From an uncultured bacterium (lineage in GTDB: Bacteria; Fidelibacterota; Marinisomatia; Marinisomatales; TCS55), in contig CAZIFK010000001.1 in assembly GCA_964538995.1 (NCBI GenBank), positions 5,827 to 69,826 of the forward strand: a stretch of 64,000 bases of DNA, read 5' to 3'. The first letter of the stretch is position 1; each line of letters opens with the position of its first letter. The position numbers and the translations under genes were made by a program. Below are positions 19,978 to 30,769 of this stretch, one piece after another. A model generated the notes under the pieces. That model did not search any database. It worked only from the letters and a program-made list of their open reading frames with translations, and was not told the origin of the DNA.

Positions 19978-21594
19978 TTAATTTTTCGGTCCTGCATTTA
20001 GAATAGCCGGATCATCAACTTCGTATTGAGCAAAGTTATTCTGAAATTTTTCAACAAGATTTTTTGCTGTTTGATGATACTCATTTATGTTTTTCCAGGC
20101 ATTCGTTGGCAGAAGTGTATCTTCTCCTATTCCATTCAATTGTTTTGGTATCTGTACACCAAAATATTGATCTTTTACTAATTCCTCTGATTCAATGCTG
20201 CCATCCAGAATTTTATGGATAATTTTTCTTGTGATAGGAAGGCTTATTCGTTTCGCTCCAGAGCTGGCGCTGGCACCGACCCAGCCTGTGTTTACCAGAA
20301 AACAGGGTACATTGTATTTATTCATTTTCTCACTGAGTAATTCTGCATATTTTAAGGGATGCAACGTTAAAAAAGGACCACCAAAACAGGGTGAAAATGT
20401 TGCCACCGGTTCTGTGATACCTCTTTCAGTGCCGGCAACTTTTGCAGTGTAACCACTGATAAAATGATACATGGCTTGTTCCGGAGATAATTTAGAAACA
20501 GGTGGAAGAACACCATAAGCATCACAAGTCAAAAAGATAATTGTCTTCGGATGCCCAGACATGGCCGGTTTTCCCTGGCCAACAATAGAATTGTCAATGT
20601 AATCCAATGGATAAGAAACGCGCGTATTTTCTGTTTTTGACTTATCAGAAAAATCCACTATTCTTGTTCGTTCATCATAAACGACATTTTCCAGTAACGC
20701 ACCGTGGCGTATTGCACGATAGATATCCGGCTCATGTTCCGGATTAAGATCGATTACTTTTGCATAACAACCGCCTTCAAAATTAAAAATGCCATCATCT
20801 GACCAACCGTGTTCGTCATCTCCGATCAAGGGTCTTTCCGAATCGGTGCTTAAAGTGGTTTTTCCCGTTCCGCTTAAACCAAAAAAGATAGCAGGATTTT
20901 CACCATTTTTATCCACATTTGCAGAACAATGCATTGCGAGGACACCCTTCAAGGGTAAATAATAATTCATTACAGAAAAAATACCTTTTTTCATCTCACC
21001 ACCATATTCAGTACCACCAATGATTGCTATACGCTTACCTAAGTGAAAAATGATGAATGTTTTTGAATTCATTCCATATTCAACAAACCTCTGATTATAA
21101 ACATCCGACGCGTTAATAATAGTAAAATCAGGTTCAAATCCATCTAATTCACCTTCCTCCGGACAAATAAACATATTGTGAGCAAAATGTGTCTGCCAGG
21201 CTTTTTTAGCAATCATTCTCACATTTAATCTGTATTTGGGATCTGCGCCAGCAAAACCATCAAAAACATATGTATTTGAATCATCTGCGTGATTATAATA
21301 ATCCACTACTTGAGTATATAAATCATCAAAAATTGATTCTTCCACTTTAACATTCACAGGTCCCCACCAAAGATTATTATTAGACGAATCTTCATCTACA
21401 AAATATTTATCTTTAGGAGATCGACCGGTATATCGTCCTGTATCAACCATAATCGCACCATTCATCCCCATTTTACCTTCTTTATGCAAAATGATATCTT
21501 CTATGATACTTTCTACTGGTAAGTTTCTTATGATTCTCTCAACATCTGTTAAGCCAATTTTATCTAATCCTAGTTCTTTACCTACTGTAGTCAT
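19978..21594 (-). CDS. pckA: phosphoenolpyruvate carboxykinase (ATP)
   Basis: [29 protein letters not shown] and GGCYAK are diagnostic of ATP-dependent PEPCK. Confidence 0.95.
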   Translation of the reverse strand: MTTVGKELGLDKIGLTDVERIIRNLPVESIIEDIILHKEGKMGMNGAIMVDTGRYTGRSPKDKYFVDEDSSNNNLWWGPVNVKVEESIFDDLYTQVVDYYNHADDSNTYVFDGFAGADPKYRLNVRMIAKKAWQTHFAHNMFICPEEGELDGFEPDFTIINASDVYNQRFVEYGMNSKTFIIFHLGKRIAIIGGTEYGGEMKKGIFSVMNYYLPLKGVLAMHCSANVDKNGENPAIFFGLSGTGKTTLSTDSERPLIGDDEHGWSDDGIFNFEGGCYAKVIDLNPEHEPDIYRAIRHGALLENVVYDERTRIVDFSDKSKTENTRVSYPLDYIDNSIVGQGKPAMSGHPKTIIFLTCDAYGVLPPVSKLSPEQAMYHFISGYTAKVAGTERGITEPVATFSPCFGGPFLTLHPLKYAELLSEKMNKYNVPCFLVNTGWVGASASSGAKRISLPITRKIIHKILDGSIESEELVKDQYFGVQIPKQLNGIGEDTLLPTNAWKNINEYHQTAKNLVEKFQNNFAQYEVDDPAILNAGPKN

Positions 21595-21608
21595 GTTTTC
21601 TCCTCGAT

Positions 21609-22517
21609 TTAATCACCATGCGGATGAGCTTGCTTATGAATCTCTTTCATTTTTTCCGGTTGAATATGCGTATATATCTGGGTGGAAGATAAACTGCTAT
21701 GTCCTAGCAAATCTTTCAGTGCTCTGATGTCTGCCCCCCGCTCAAGCATATGAGTTGCGAATGAATGTCGTAAGGTATGGGGTCCGAGCGATGATCCTTC
21801 TGCTACGTGCTGAATATACATTTTCACCCTTCTCTGGACTGTTCTAATCGAAATACGTTTATTTTTAGCATTTACAAAACATGGTTCTGCTCTTTCTGCA
21901 GTTCGTTGACTAATTCCTCGTTTTTGCCAGTAATATTCTAGTGAAATTTTGGCACGATTACCAAAAGGAATCAATCTTTCTTTCTTTCCTTTTCCTAAAA
22001 CTCGCACTAGCTGTTGTTCAAACTGAAAATTACTAAAATTCAGTTGTACGAGTTCACTTAAACGCATTCCAGTGCTGTAAAATAATTCTAAAATTGCTTT
22101 GTCGCGAACTCCAGTGATTGTAGTCATATCAGGAAAATTCATCAGTTCATCAATCATTTTTTCATTAATGAAAACAGGTAATGATTTTGGCGTCTTCGGT
22201 GTTCGGACTTCTGTAGCCGGATTCACATCTATAATATTATTGGATAAAAGGTATTTAAAAAAAGACTTAATTGTGGCCAATCTTCGCGCAACTGTTTTAC
22301 TGGCAAAGCCTTCTTCAAACTCTCTGCCTAAAAAATGACGAATGGTTTGTTTATCTATATCCTTAAATGACCAAATAGATTTACCGACGTATGAAGTAAT
22401 AAATGAATAAAAGCGATCAAGATCATGGTTATAGGATTTGAGTGTATGGACAGAATATCCCTTTTCTTTTTCAATGTAGTTTTTAAAGTCGGTTATGTAA
22501 ATATCCGATTTAGCCAT
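21609..22517 (-). CDS. tyrosine recombinase XerC/XerD family
   Basis: C-terminal catalytic box [38 protein letters not shown] and an N-terminal SAM-like domain. It is embedded in a housekeeping operon. Confidence 0.85.
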   Translation of the reverse strand: MAKSDIYITDFKNYIEKEKGYSVHTLKSYNHDLDRFYSFITSYVGKSIWSFKDIDKQTIRHFLGREFEEGFASKTVARRLATIKSFFKYLLSNNIIDVNPATEVRTPKTPKSLPVFINEKMIDELMNFPDMTTITGVRDKAILELFYSTGMRLSELVQLNFSNFQFEQQLVRVLGKGKKERLIPFGNRAKISLEYYWQKRGISQRTAERAEPCFVNAKNKRISIRTVQRRVKMYIQHVAEGSSLGPHTLRHSFATHMLERGADIRALKDLLGHSSLSSTQIYTHIQPEKMKEIHKQAHPHGD

Positions 22518-23478
22518 AATGCTGAGTTAAATGATCTAACAGTGCTTGCATATCGGCAGGTAGCTCCGTTTCAAACTTAACAATTTTTCCTGTTTCAGGA
22601 TGACTAAAACTTATTTCTTTTGCATGCAATGCATGGCGTCCTAATTGTTTTACTATTTTTTTAAGATCCTTCTGCACTTCGGGTAAGAATCCTTTTATTC
22701 TATTAAACCCTCCTTTGTATTTCATATCGTGCACGATTGGGTGGTGAACATGTTGACAATGGACTCTTATTTGATGGGTGCGACCTGTTTTTGGATAGAA
22801 TTCCAAAAAACTCATATAACGAAAATAATTTAAAACTTTATAATGTGTTTCCGCGCTTTTTCCACCTGCATCAACGTGATAAGATGTCGGATCTTTTCTG
22901 TTACGCCTGATGGCAGCATTGATTATTCCTTCATCCTCTTTCCACTCCCCCCAAGTCAAACCAACGTATGTTTTTGATACTAATCTATTTTGAAATTGAT
23001 CTGCGATGATACGATGAGCATTATTGGTTTTTGCTGTTACAATGATACCTGATGTCTCCTGATCTAATCGGTGTACAATTCCCGGTCTTAAAGGTCCGTT
23101 GACTGTCGATAATTCATTATAATGATATTTCAATCCATGCACTAATGTTCCAGAAGATTGGCCGGTTCCCGGGTGAACAATCAACCCGGATGGTTTATTT
23201 ACGACAAGGATCGACTCATCTTCATGCACAATTTCTAAAGGAATATTTTCAGGTAGAATTTCTGGTATGTCTGCTTCATCAGCCATCTGTTTAATAGTAA
23301 TAACATCGCCGTTTTGAAGCTGATAACCTGTTTTTACACCAGAGTCATTAACCAATATATTTATATTTTTAATCATCCTCTGAATTCGAGATCGTGAGGA
23401 ATCAGCAAAAATGGTTACTAAATAGTGATCCAGACGCTGGTGATCATCGTTTGAATACACCAGTTTTTTAATATTCAA
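22510..23478 (-). CDS. rluD: RluA-family 23S rRNA pseudouridine synthase (RluD-like, S4 domain N-terminus)
   Basis: HRLDQETSGIIV catalytic motif, KTYVGLTWG, GRTHQIRVH. TTG start (no nearby in-frame ATG). Confidence 0.8.
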   Translation of the reverse strand: MNIKKLVYSNDDHQRLDHYLVTIFADSSRSRIQRMIKNINILVNDSGVKTGYQLQNGDVITIKQMADEADIPEILPENIPLEIVHEDESILVVNKPSGLIVHPGTGQSSGTLVHGLKYHYNELSTVNGPLRPGIVHRLDQETSGIIVTAKTNNAHRIIADQFQNRLVSKTYVGLTWGEWKEDEGIINAAIRRNRKDPTSYHVDAGGKSAETHYKVLNYFRYMSFLEFYPKTGRTHQIRVHCQHVHHPIVHDMKYKGGFNRIKGFLPEVQKDLKKIVKQLGRHALHAKEISFSHPETGKIVKFETELPADMQALLDHLTQHYG

Positions 23479-23948
23479 GAAGCTGTTTCTGCCTGGAGTT
23501 TTGGTTGAATAAAAAATGAAAAATATAGAAAAATGGACATCCCAACCGTTACAGAGGAATCGGCCACATTAAAAATGTACCAATGAAAATCACCAATCAT
23601 AAAATCAAAAAAATCCACTACTTCACCAAACAAGATTCTATCAATTAAATTTCCAACCGCCCCACCCAAAATCATGGATAGTGAAAGTCTCATCATTAAA
23701 TGGTTTTCCTTTTCCTGCCACAGATACCAAAAGAGGAAAATCGTCAGCAAAATTGATAATGTAGAAAACACATAAATACCTCCCGGGAAATTTAAACCAA
23801 AAGCCATTCCATCATTTGTTACAAAGGTTATATGAAAAAAATTCGGTATAACCGGAATAGAATCATAGAGAGAAAGGTATGAGCGTATTAGTGCTTTTGT
23901 AATTTGGTCCAGGATCACGACAATCACGCTCACCTGCAGAATTTTCAT
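23475..23948 (-). CDS. lspA: lipoprotein signal peptidase II
   Basis: LDQITK, NDGMAFG, GGAVGNLIDR, IFNVADS: the LspA motif set. Confidence 0.9.
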   Translation of the reverse strand: MKILQVSVIVVILDQITKALIRSYLSLYDSIPVIPNFFHITFVTNDGMAFGLNFPGGIYVFSTLSILLTIFLFWYLWQEKENHLMMRLSLSMILGGAVGNLIDRILFGEVVDFFDFMIGDFHWYIFNVADSSVTVGMSIFLYFSFFIQPKLQAETAS

Positions 23949-24337
23949 GTTAAGTTGAGTTTATCTTTTGTTTTACACTCTACACATTTAGTCGCATTTG
24001 GAACTTCGATCATTCGTTCTTCGGCAATTAGTTCACCGCAAATATTACAAACACCAAACTCTTCTTTATCAATACGTTCCAATGCCAATGAAAGATTATG
24101 ATAATAATCACTTTCACGGCTCATGAGCATATAATTCTTTTCCTTTTCAAAGGAATCAGAACCTGCATCAGCCATATGAACGCTGTACACAGAATCTTGA
24201 GACAGACCAGCTTTTGGGTTTCCTTTATCTAAGAGACCTTCCTTGAGTTCTTCCATATCTCTAGTGACTTCATCCATTTTAGTTAAAATGGATTTACGAA
24301 ATTTGTTTAGTTTTACTTTAGTATATTTTTTAGCCAC
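23945..24337 (-). CDS. DksA/TraR-family C4 zinc-finger protein
   Basis: C-terminal CNICGELIAEERMIEVPNATKCVECK four-Cys finger after a coiled-coil region. GTG start with an AAGGAAA SD. Confidence 0.8.
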   Translation of the reverse strand: MAKKYTKVKLNKFRKSILTKMDEVTRDMEELKEGLLDKGNPKAGLSQDSVYSVHMADAGSDSFEKEKNYMLMSRESDYYHNLSLALERIDKEEFGVCNICGELIAEERMIEVPNATKCVECKTKDKLNLT

Positions 24338-24349
24338 AATTTTTCCTTT

Positions 24350-27300
24350 CTACGTATTCTTTCGCTCAATACTTATTGTTAATTCTTGTCCTTGTATATT
24401 TACAGTAGATTCGTATTCACCTTTTTTATTTGAACCAGTTAATTCTACCGCCAATGTCTCATTACAAAAGAATTCTTCAAATTCTTTCACCGCATTGCCT
24501 ACAGGACTATGGAGTAAACCATGAATAATAATGCGATCTTCAACCGCGAAATTAGCATTTTTTCGCATAATTTGCACGTGGCGAATGAGATCACGCACCA
24601 TTCCTTCCCGAAGTAATTCTTCATCCAATTCAGTTGTTAGGCCAACAATCACTCCACCATCCATTTCTGTAGTGTAACCATCTGCAGATTCCGTTTCTAC
24701 AACAAACGCATCTTTTTCGAGGACCAGTGTTTCATCTTCAATTGTGATTTTAACTGACTTTTGTGACTTTAGGGACAGGACAATTTCATTTACATCCGTA
24801 GCGCTGATGGAATTTCGAATATCATTCAAACGTTGTCCGTATTGTTGACCCAAAAATGGAAGATTTGGTTTCACATTGTATCTTATCAGAGTCATTGCTG
24901 AAGTTGTTTTTTCCAACTGCTTCACATTGAGTTCTTCCAGAATCACCTTTTTATTTTCTTGAATAAATGCTTCAATGCTATCGTTTTCCGTAAAATACAC
25001 TAATTTTGCCAACGGTTGACGAATTTTGAGATTGGCTTTATTTCTGGCGGATCGAGCGAGTTCAACAATCTTCCGCATTGCGTCAACTTGCTCCATTAAA
25101 GTAAGATCGATTTTTGAATCATCGACATTTGGAAAGTCGCACAAATGGACACTTTCCGGAACATTATCTACTGAATTCCTCACCAGATTCTGATAAATGT
25201 TTTCCGTAACAAATGGTAAACTGGGCGCTAAAACTCTGATGGTAGTAAACAGTACTTCGTAAAGCGTATGGTACGCCACCAGTTTATCACTATCGTCTTC
25301 CGTTTTCCAAAAACGCCGTCTGTTCCTGCGAATGTACCAGTTGGATAAATCATCTAAAAATTTATTAAAAGATTTCATGAACTTGTCTACTCTGAATGAT
25401 TCATATGCTACTTTAGCCTCACCGATCATACCATGCATTTTAGAAATAATCCATTTATCCAAAATGGTCTGATCATTTGTATTATATGATGTTTTAGAAG
25501 GCGAGAATCCATCTACATTCGCATACGTAGCAAAAAATGAATATGAATTCCAAAGCTGAATCAATTTTTTTCGGACTTCATCGGCATGTTCGTAACCAAA
25601 TAATAAATTGTGTTCCACATTCTGTGAAGCATACATCCAGCGCATAACATCCACACCCATTTTTTCAGCAGCATCATCAAACCAGATAGCATTCCCCCAG
25701 GATTTATGCATGTCCCGACCGGTTTCGTCTTTCACAAGAGCATGACCTAATACTGTTTTAAAAGGTGCAGTTTCCTCAAGACAAGCAGACATTGCAAGTA
25801 ATGAATAAAACCAGTTTCTGAATTGGCCTGGAAAACATTCGGTTATAAAATCGCCTGGAAACCATTCTTTCCAGTAATTATTATCTGTTGTATATCCCAT
25901 AGTAGAAAAAGGAACAATACCTGCATCCAGCCAGGGATTACCCACATCCTTAATACGTTCTCCGATCAAACCGGTTTTCGGATGTTTGATTTTTACTTTG
26001 TCAATCCATGGACGATGGGGAGTATGACCCTCAAATTCATCCCACCCTTCTACAGCCAGTTCCTTTAATTCTTCACGGGATCCAACTACAAAAAACGATC
26101 CATCTTCAAAGGTCCAAATAGGCAATGCTAATCCCCAAAAACGCTTTTTGGAGATCATCCAGTCGCTCATATTATCGAGCCATTCATGTTCGCGATCCTG
26201 ACCCCATTCCGGGATCCATTCAATGTCGTCAACAATTTTCTTGATTTTATCGCGCCAGTCCATATTGATATACCATTCATCCACCAAGCGGAAAACGAGT
26301 TCATCACCAGACCGCCAACAATGGGGATAAATGTGAGGATAATCTTCAACATAAACGAGGAACCCACGATTCTTCAAGTCATCAATAATAGCTTGGGTCG
26401 TTTCCGGTTTCGTGGCTGTTTGGCCTTCTAGCCAACCAAATTTCTCGATGAACTTTGATTCACCATCAAGCGGTGCAATATTAACCAATCCTAGCTTTTT
26501 TCCAACTTTATGGTCTATATCTCCGCAGCCTGGAGCCATGTGAACAATACCTGTTCCTTCACCGGCAACAACGATATCATTTCCAATACTGTCTTTACCG
26601 GGATCAATCACACGATGTTGACTGACAGCAGAAGCGTTCTTTTCCTTTAATTCATCATTGATAAACGGGAAACCACCTGGTTCGTTTTGGGCATCCATCT
26701 CATCAAATGGTCCTTCATATTCCCAGCCTACCATTTCAGATCCTTTGATAGTCCCCAATTCTTCATATCCACCGTGTTCCTTGAAAATTTGAGCAATCGT
26801 CTTCAGTTTAGGAACTCCGTCTACCCATTGTTTCTTATCTTTAAATTGTTTCTCCAGACGCTGGTATTCAAGATTTTCTTTTACAAAATAATAAACAGAC
26901 CCGTCAGCGGCTTTAAGTTTAACATAATCAAGGTTTACATTCACACCGACGACAACATTCGATGTTAACGTCCAGGGTGTTGTTGTCCAAATAAGTAAAT
27001 ATTCATTTTCCCTGCTTTTGATTGGAAATCGGATAAAAACTGATTTATGCGCTACAAGCTTCCGCCCTTCAACAATTTCCATTTGTGAATAGGACGTTCC
27101 GGACCGGCCACTCCACGGAACAACGTCATTCCCTCGATACACTTTTCCTTCGTTGAACAGCTTTTTTAAAAATGTCCAGATGGTATAATTATTTTCCTCG
27201 GACATAGTAAAGTATGAATTTTCCCAATCCATCCAATAACCAAGCCGTTTTGACTGCTCAGTCTGAACACCTGAATATTTTTCCACCCTTTCTTTACAGA

Positions 27301-27655
27301 GATTTACAAATTTCTCAATTCCAAATTCTTCCACATCTCGCTTTGATTTAAAACCAAGTTCCTTCTCCACTTCAATCTCAACCCAAAGACCCTGGCAATC
27401 AAACCCATTTTGATAACGCAGCTCGTGGCCGGTCATGGCCTTATATCGGTTGTATATATCTTTTAGCGTTCTACCCCAGGCATGGTGGACGCCCATGGGA
27501 TTATTTGCTGTGATTGGCCCATCGATAAATGACCACTTCGGTTTGCCTTTATTTGCAGCGACACGTTTTTGAAAAATATCGTTCTTTTCCCAGAACTCGA
27601 GGATATCGTGTTCTTGTTTTACAAAGTCAACTTTTGGATTTACTTTTTCTATCAT
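24350..27655 (-). CDS. ileS: isoleucine--tRNA ligase (long, type-2-like form)
   Basis: PMGVHHAWGRTLKD (HIGH region), WTTTPWTL, HMAPGCGDIDH, DMHKSWGN (KMSKS region). The track start at 27661 is TTG; the ATG two codons in (27653-27655) is preferred. Confidence 0.95.
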   Translation of the reverse strand: MIEKVNPKVDFVKQEHDILEFWEKNDIFQKRVAANKGKPKWSFIDGPITANNPMGVHHAWGRTLKDIYNRYKAMTGHELRYQNGFDCQGLWVEIEVEKELGFKSKRDVEEFGIEKFVNLCKERVEKYSGVQTEQSKRLGYWMDWENSYFTMSEENNYTIWTFLKKLFNEGKVYRGNDVVPWSGRSGTSYSQMEIVEGRKLVAHKSVFIRFPIKSRENEYLLIWTTTPWTLTSNVVVGVNVNLDYVKLKAADGSVYYFVKENLEYQRLEKQFKDKKQWVDGVPKLKTIAQIFKEHGGYEELGTIKGSEMVGWEYEGPFDEMDAQNEPGGFPFINDELKEKNASAVSQHRVIDPGKDSIGNDIVVAGEGTGIVHMAPGCGDIDHKVGKKLGLVNIAPLDGESKFIEKFGWLEGQTATKPETTQAIIDDLKNRGFLVYVEDYPHIYPHCWRSGDELVFRLVDEWYINMDWRDKIKKIVDDIEWIPEWGQDREHEWLDNMSDWMISKKRFWGLALPIWTFEDGSFFVVGSREELKELAVEGWDEFEGHTPHRPWIDKVKIKHPKTGLIGERIKDVGNPWLDAGIVPFSTMGYTTDNNYWKEWFPGDFITECFPGQFRNWFYSLLAMSACLEETAPFKTVLGHALVKDETGRDMHKSWGNAIWFDDAAEKMGVDVMRWMYASQNVEHNLLFGYEHADEVRKKLIQLWNSYSFFATYANVDGFSPSKTSYNTNDQTILDKWIISKMHGMIGEAKVAYESFRVDKFMKSFNKFLDDLSNWYIRRNRRRFWKTEDDSDKLVAYHTLYEVLFTTIRVLAPSLPFVTENIYQNLVRNSVDNVPESVHLCDFPNVDDSKIDLTLMEQVDAMRKIVELARSARNKANLKIRQPLAKLVYFTENDSIEAFIQENKKVILEELNVKQLEKTTSAMTLIRYNVKPNLPFLGQQYGQRLNDIRNSISATDVNEIVLSLKSQKSVKITIEDETLVLEKDAFVVETESADGYTTEMDGGVIVGLTTELDEELLREGMVRDLIRHVQIMRKNANFAVEDRIIIHGLLHSPVGNAVKEFEEFFCNETLAVELTGSNKKGEYESTVNIQGQELTISIERKNT

Positions 27656-27845
27656 TGTCAATCAAAATTTGGGTGCGGAAATTACTCCGAATCATGAATG
27701 GATACAATTAATCATGATGTAATAATAGTGGATTGAAAAACCTGCGTACCTCTGAGGAGGCGACAAGAAATAATCTCAAACACATTAACACGATAACACT
27801 AAAACACTTCCTTTTTCTTGTCACAGTAGTGAGGTATTTTTAGTC

Positions 27846-28547
27846 ATGGCTTCACTTAAAAATTTACTCAATGATAACGTTCAAGGAGCAACCTCTATTT
27901 TTAAAGATGCTCTAATATTGTTTTTGTCTGAAAACGATCTTGGCACCATCAAGTATGGCATTGAAAAATTAAAAGATCGATTTCCTGTTATGGGTTTGTT
28001 TGTAAACCTATGGCAGCAGATTAATACAAAGAAAACCGCAGGGGAAATTCATCATATACTGGCAGATCTTAATAACCGTCTGAATACTTCATTCAAGCAA
28101 GTAATCAAAAATGCAGAAAGCCAATTACCAAATGAGTGTCGAGCGATTACTATTTCCCATTCCAGTTATGTCAGAGAATTGATCATCAATAATAAAGAGA
28201 AAATGAATATTGTTTATTGTTTGGAATCAGCGCCGGAATTTGAAGGAAAAGAATTGGCAAGACTCCTCAAAGATAATGGAATTGATTCATGTGCTTTACC
28301 AGATACTGGTTACCAATCACAATTCACTAAGATTACACATGCTATTGTTGGGTCAGATTTAATCGGTGAACATTTTTTCATCAATAAATCCGGAACGAAG
28401 AATCTTGTTGAAACAACTATTAAGCGGGGAAAAAACATTTGGATATTGGGAGATGAACTACGCTTTGTATCAGATTATATTCCTGAAAACATTCCAGATA
28501 CGTTTGAAATAATACCTATTAGGGATGAATTCAGAGTTTTTAGGTAA
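27846..28547 (+). CDS. eIF-2B alpha/beta/delta-like (MtnA/ribose-1,5-bisphosphate isomerase superfamily) domain protein, short form
   Basis: ITISHSSYV...VYCLESAPEFEGKELARLLKDNGID...AIVGSDLIGEHFFINKSGTKNLV...IWILGDELRF follows the IF-2B family pattern (ESRP..eG, GAD.i, NK.GT). It lacks the N-terminal domain of MtnA. Confidence 0.5.
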   Translation: MASLKNLLNDNVQGATSIFKDALILFLSENDLGTIKYGIEKLKDRFPVMGLFVNLWQQINTKKTAGEIHHILADLNNRLNTSFKQVIKNAESQLPNECRAITISHSSYVRELIINNKEKMNIVYCLESAPEFEGKELARLLKDNGIDSCALPDTGYQSQFTKITHAIVGSDLIGEHFFINKSGTKNLVETTIKRGKNIWILGDELRFVSDYIPENIPDTFEIIPIRDEFRVFR

Positions 28548-28723
28548 TAACCTTTCAAAGAATGAAATCCTTACCATCAACATAGGTTGACAGATTCCGC
28601 ATTTCTTTTCGCTGTGGATACATCTAATATATCCAGCTATCGGATAATTAATAGAATCCATTATAATATTTTCTGAAATTAGTAAGTTCTGCCTGCAAAT
28701 ATATCATTTTAATCGGAGATTCA

Positions 28724-29140
28724 ATGAAACAAAACATTATTCTGATACTAACATTCACCTTCTTTCTTGGGGCTTGTGATATATTAAAAAAACGGCAGGA
28801 TAAAATAAATCCCATACAATTGGAACCACGGAAATTTACCTCATCAAATTTACAGATTATCAAGGGAAGTGGAGATTGGAGTTCCACGCCATTCCAAATA
28901 AATTCACCACTTTTAAAAATTGTTTGCACGTATAAAAATCAGACTCCGGATAGCGATTTCGTTCTGTATCTCATAGAACAAGGAAAATCCATAGCTACTC
29001 ACGGTGGGCTCCCAATTCTAATTGGGAATGATAAAAGTAAACAGGAGGCTACCGTGAAAGTAGAACCGGGGAAATATTATTTTCATATTATCGCTAGCAA
29101 CATAACATGGCAATTACAGGCTTTCGAAAAGGAGTCATAG
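28724..29140 (+). CDS. small lipoprotein, hypothetical
   Basis: Lipobox FFLGAC-D and a GGAG SD 5 nt upstream of the ATG. No recognised domain. Confidence 0.5.
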   Translation: MKQNIILILTFTFFLGACDILKKRQDKINPIQLEPRKFTSSNLQIIKGSGDWSSTPFQINSPLLKIVCTYKNQTPDSDFVLYLIEQGKSIATHGGLPILIGNDKSKQEATVKVEPGKYYFHIIASNITWQLQAFEKES

Positions 29141-29181
29141 CAACGTTTCGCGAAAATTTGATAATCGTATAAAGAAATATT

Positions 29182-30597
29182 TTACATCTCCAAGGTCAAA
29201 AAACGAGACACATCTCCTCTTTTTACAAGGAATAAAACAGTGTTCCCTCTGGTTTCTTCATCGAGTAAATTATAAAATGCATCAATATTTTCCACATCTT
29301 TACGTCCAACACGCATAATAACATCACCCGGTCTTAATCCGGTAGAATAGGCTTTACTTCTTCTGTCGATTTCAGAAACGACCACTCCCTCAATATCTCT
29401 TTCAAGATTAAACTCTCTCCTAATGCGTGAATTAACATCTTCAACTCTGAAGCCTAAATCGGATTCATATTCTTTATCCACTTTAGTAAGCGCACGTGGG
29501 TTTTCCGGGAGTTCCTCCAATGTGATATAATATTTTTTCTTTTTGCCATCACGAATTAACTCAACAGTATAGCGTTTATCGGGAATAGAGCTGGAAACAA
29601 CATTTTTTAAACGTGAAGATCCTGTAATATTCTTGCTATCAAAAGTGGTAATAATGTCACCGATTTTAATTCCGGCTTTTTCAGCAGGACTGTTTCTTAC
29701 CACATCTCCAATCAGTGCACCATCTCTAGTATTCAGATCTAGAGCTCTGGCGGTGGCATCGTCTAGATCTTGTATATACACTCCGAGCCAAGAACGAATC
29801 ACACGGCCCTCATTGATCAAATCATTCATAACCTTTTTAACCATATTGATTGGTATCGCAAAACCAACTCCTCGATTCGATCGTTCAAATCCTCCGGTGG
29901 CGATGGCTGCATTAATCCCTATCAATTCTCCGTTTAAGTTCACCAACGCTCCACCACTGTTTCCAGGATTGATGGCGGCATCTGTTTGAATAAAATCTTC
30001 ATAATTATCATTAGAAATTATATGACTGCGACCTAAGGCACTGACAATTCCTGCCGTAACCGTATGGCTTAAATTTTCATTAAATGGACTGCCGATGGCC
30101 AACACCCATTCGCCCACACGCAACATATCCGAATCACCCAACTTAATTGCATGCAAATCGTTTGTTTGAATTTTAATAATTGCTAAATCTGATTTAGGAT
30201 CAGATCCAACTATTTCAGCATCATATTCCCTCTTATCAATGAGTTTAACGGTAATCTCATCCATATTTTCCACGACATGATTATTTGTTAGAATATAGCC
30301 ATTATCTTTATCGACGATGACGCCGGACCCTAATGCACGAGTTTGAAATTCCTGATCAAAGAATTCATGAGGGAAAAATTCTTCAAATGGATTTCCCTTA
30401 TGAAATCGTTCTTGCTTTACTTTTTTGTTTGCCAAGATCGTAACCACTGACGGATTAACCTCCTCTGCAACATCAGCAAAGGTATTGCTGAATTGAGAAA
30501 CGACTGAATTTTGTCCCCAGCCAAGTGAAAATAAAATTGTGAATGTTATTAAATATCGTTTCAAGGTAAATACTCCAATTTTAATTGTTGAATTCAT
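29182..30597 (-). CDS. htrA: Do/DegP/HtrA-family periplasmic serine protease with two PDZ domains
   Basis: His (TNNHVV), Asp (DLAIIKI) and Ser (NPGNSGGALVN) triad, followed by two PDZ-like regions. The track start at 30654 is TTG; the ATG at 30595-30597 precedes the signal peptide. Confidence 0.9.
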   Translation of the reverse strand: MNSTIKIGVFTLKRYLITFTILFSLGWGQNSVVSQFSNTFADVAEEVNPSVVTILANKKVKQERFHKGNPFEEFFPHEFFDQEFQTRALGSGVIVDKDNGYILTNNHVVENMDEITVKLIDKREYDAEIVGSDPKSDLAIIKIQTNDLHAIKLGDSDMLRVGEWVLAIGSPFNENLSHTVTAGIVSALGRSHIISNDNYEDFIQTDAAINPGNSGGALVNLNGELIGINAAIATGGFERSNRGVGFAIPINMVKKVMNDLINEGRVIRSWLGVYIQDLDDATARALDLNTRDGALIGDVVRNSPAEKAGIKIGDIITTFDSKNITGSSRLKNVVSSSIPDKRYTVELIRDGKKKKYYITLEELPENPRALTKVDKEYESDLGFRVEDVNSRIRREFNLERDIEGVVVSEIDRRSKAYSTGLRPGDVIMRVGRKDVENIDAFYNLLDEETRGNTVLFLVKRGDVSRFLTLEM

Positions 30598-30769
30598 TTG
30601 CTGAAATTGTATGCAGGAATGACAAATTGGTTCCAAATGAAAATGGAATATCAAACTGTATCTCTGTCACCTTATTAAACGGGTTCGGATATAATGTAAA
30701 TGCATTCATACGTTATTTACTTTCAATTCAATTACATTTCTCGACATTGAAATATGAACGTGAAAACAT

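Noticed and set aside
21609-22517. Tyrosine recombinase as a marker of an integrated mobile element
   Set aside because: It has the XerC/XerD-type catalytic box and size. It lies inside a co-directional housekeeping run (ileS-dksA-lspA-rluD-xer-pckA) with an 8-nt overlap to rluD. There are no flanking repeats, tRNA or cargo genes.
27656-27845. T-box or other leader RNA upstream of ileS
   Set aside because: I could not find a specifier-loop/T-box (AGGGUGGNACCGCG-like) sequence or a terminator/antiterminator pair. Only weak 4-bp CCTC/GAGG pairings are present.
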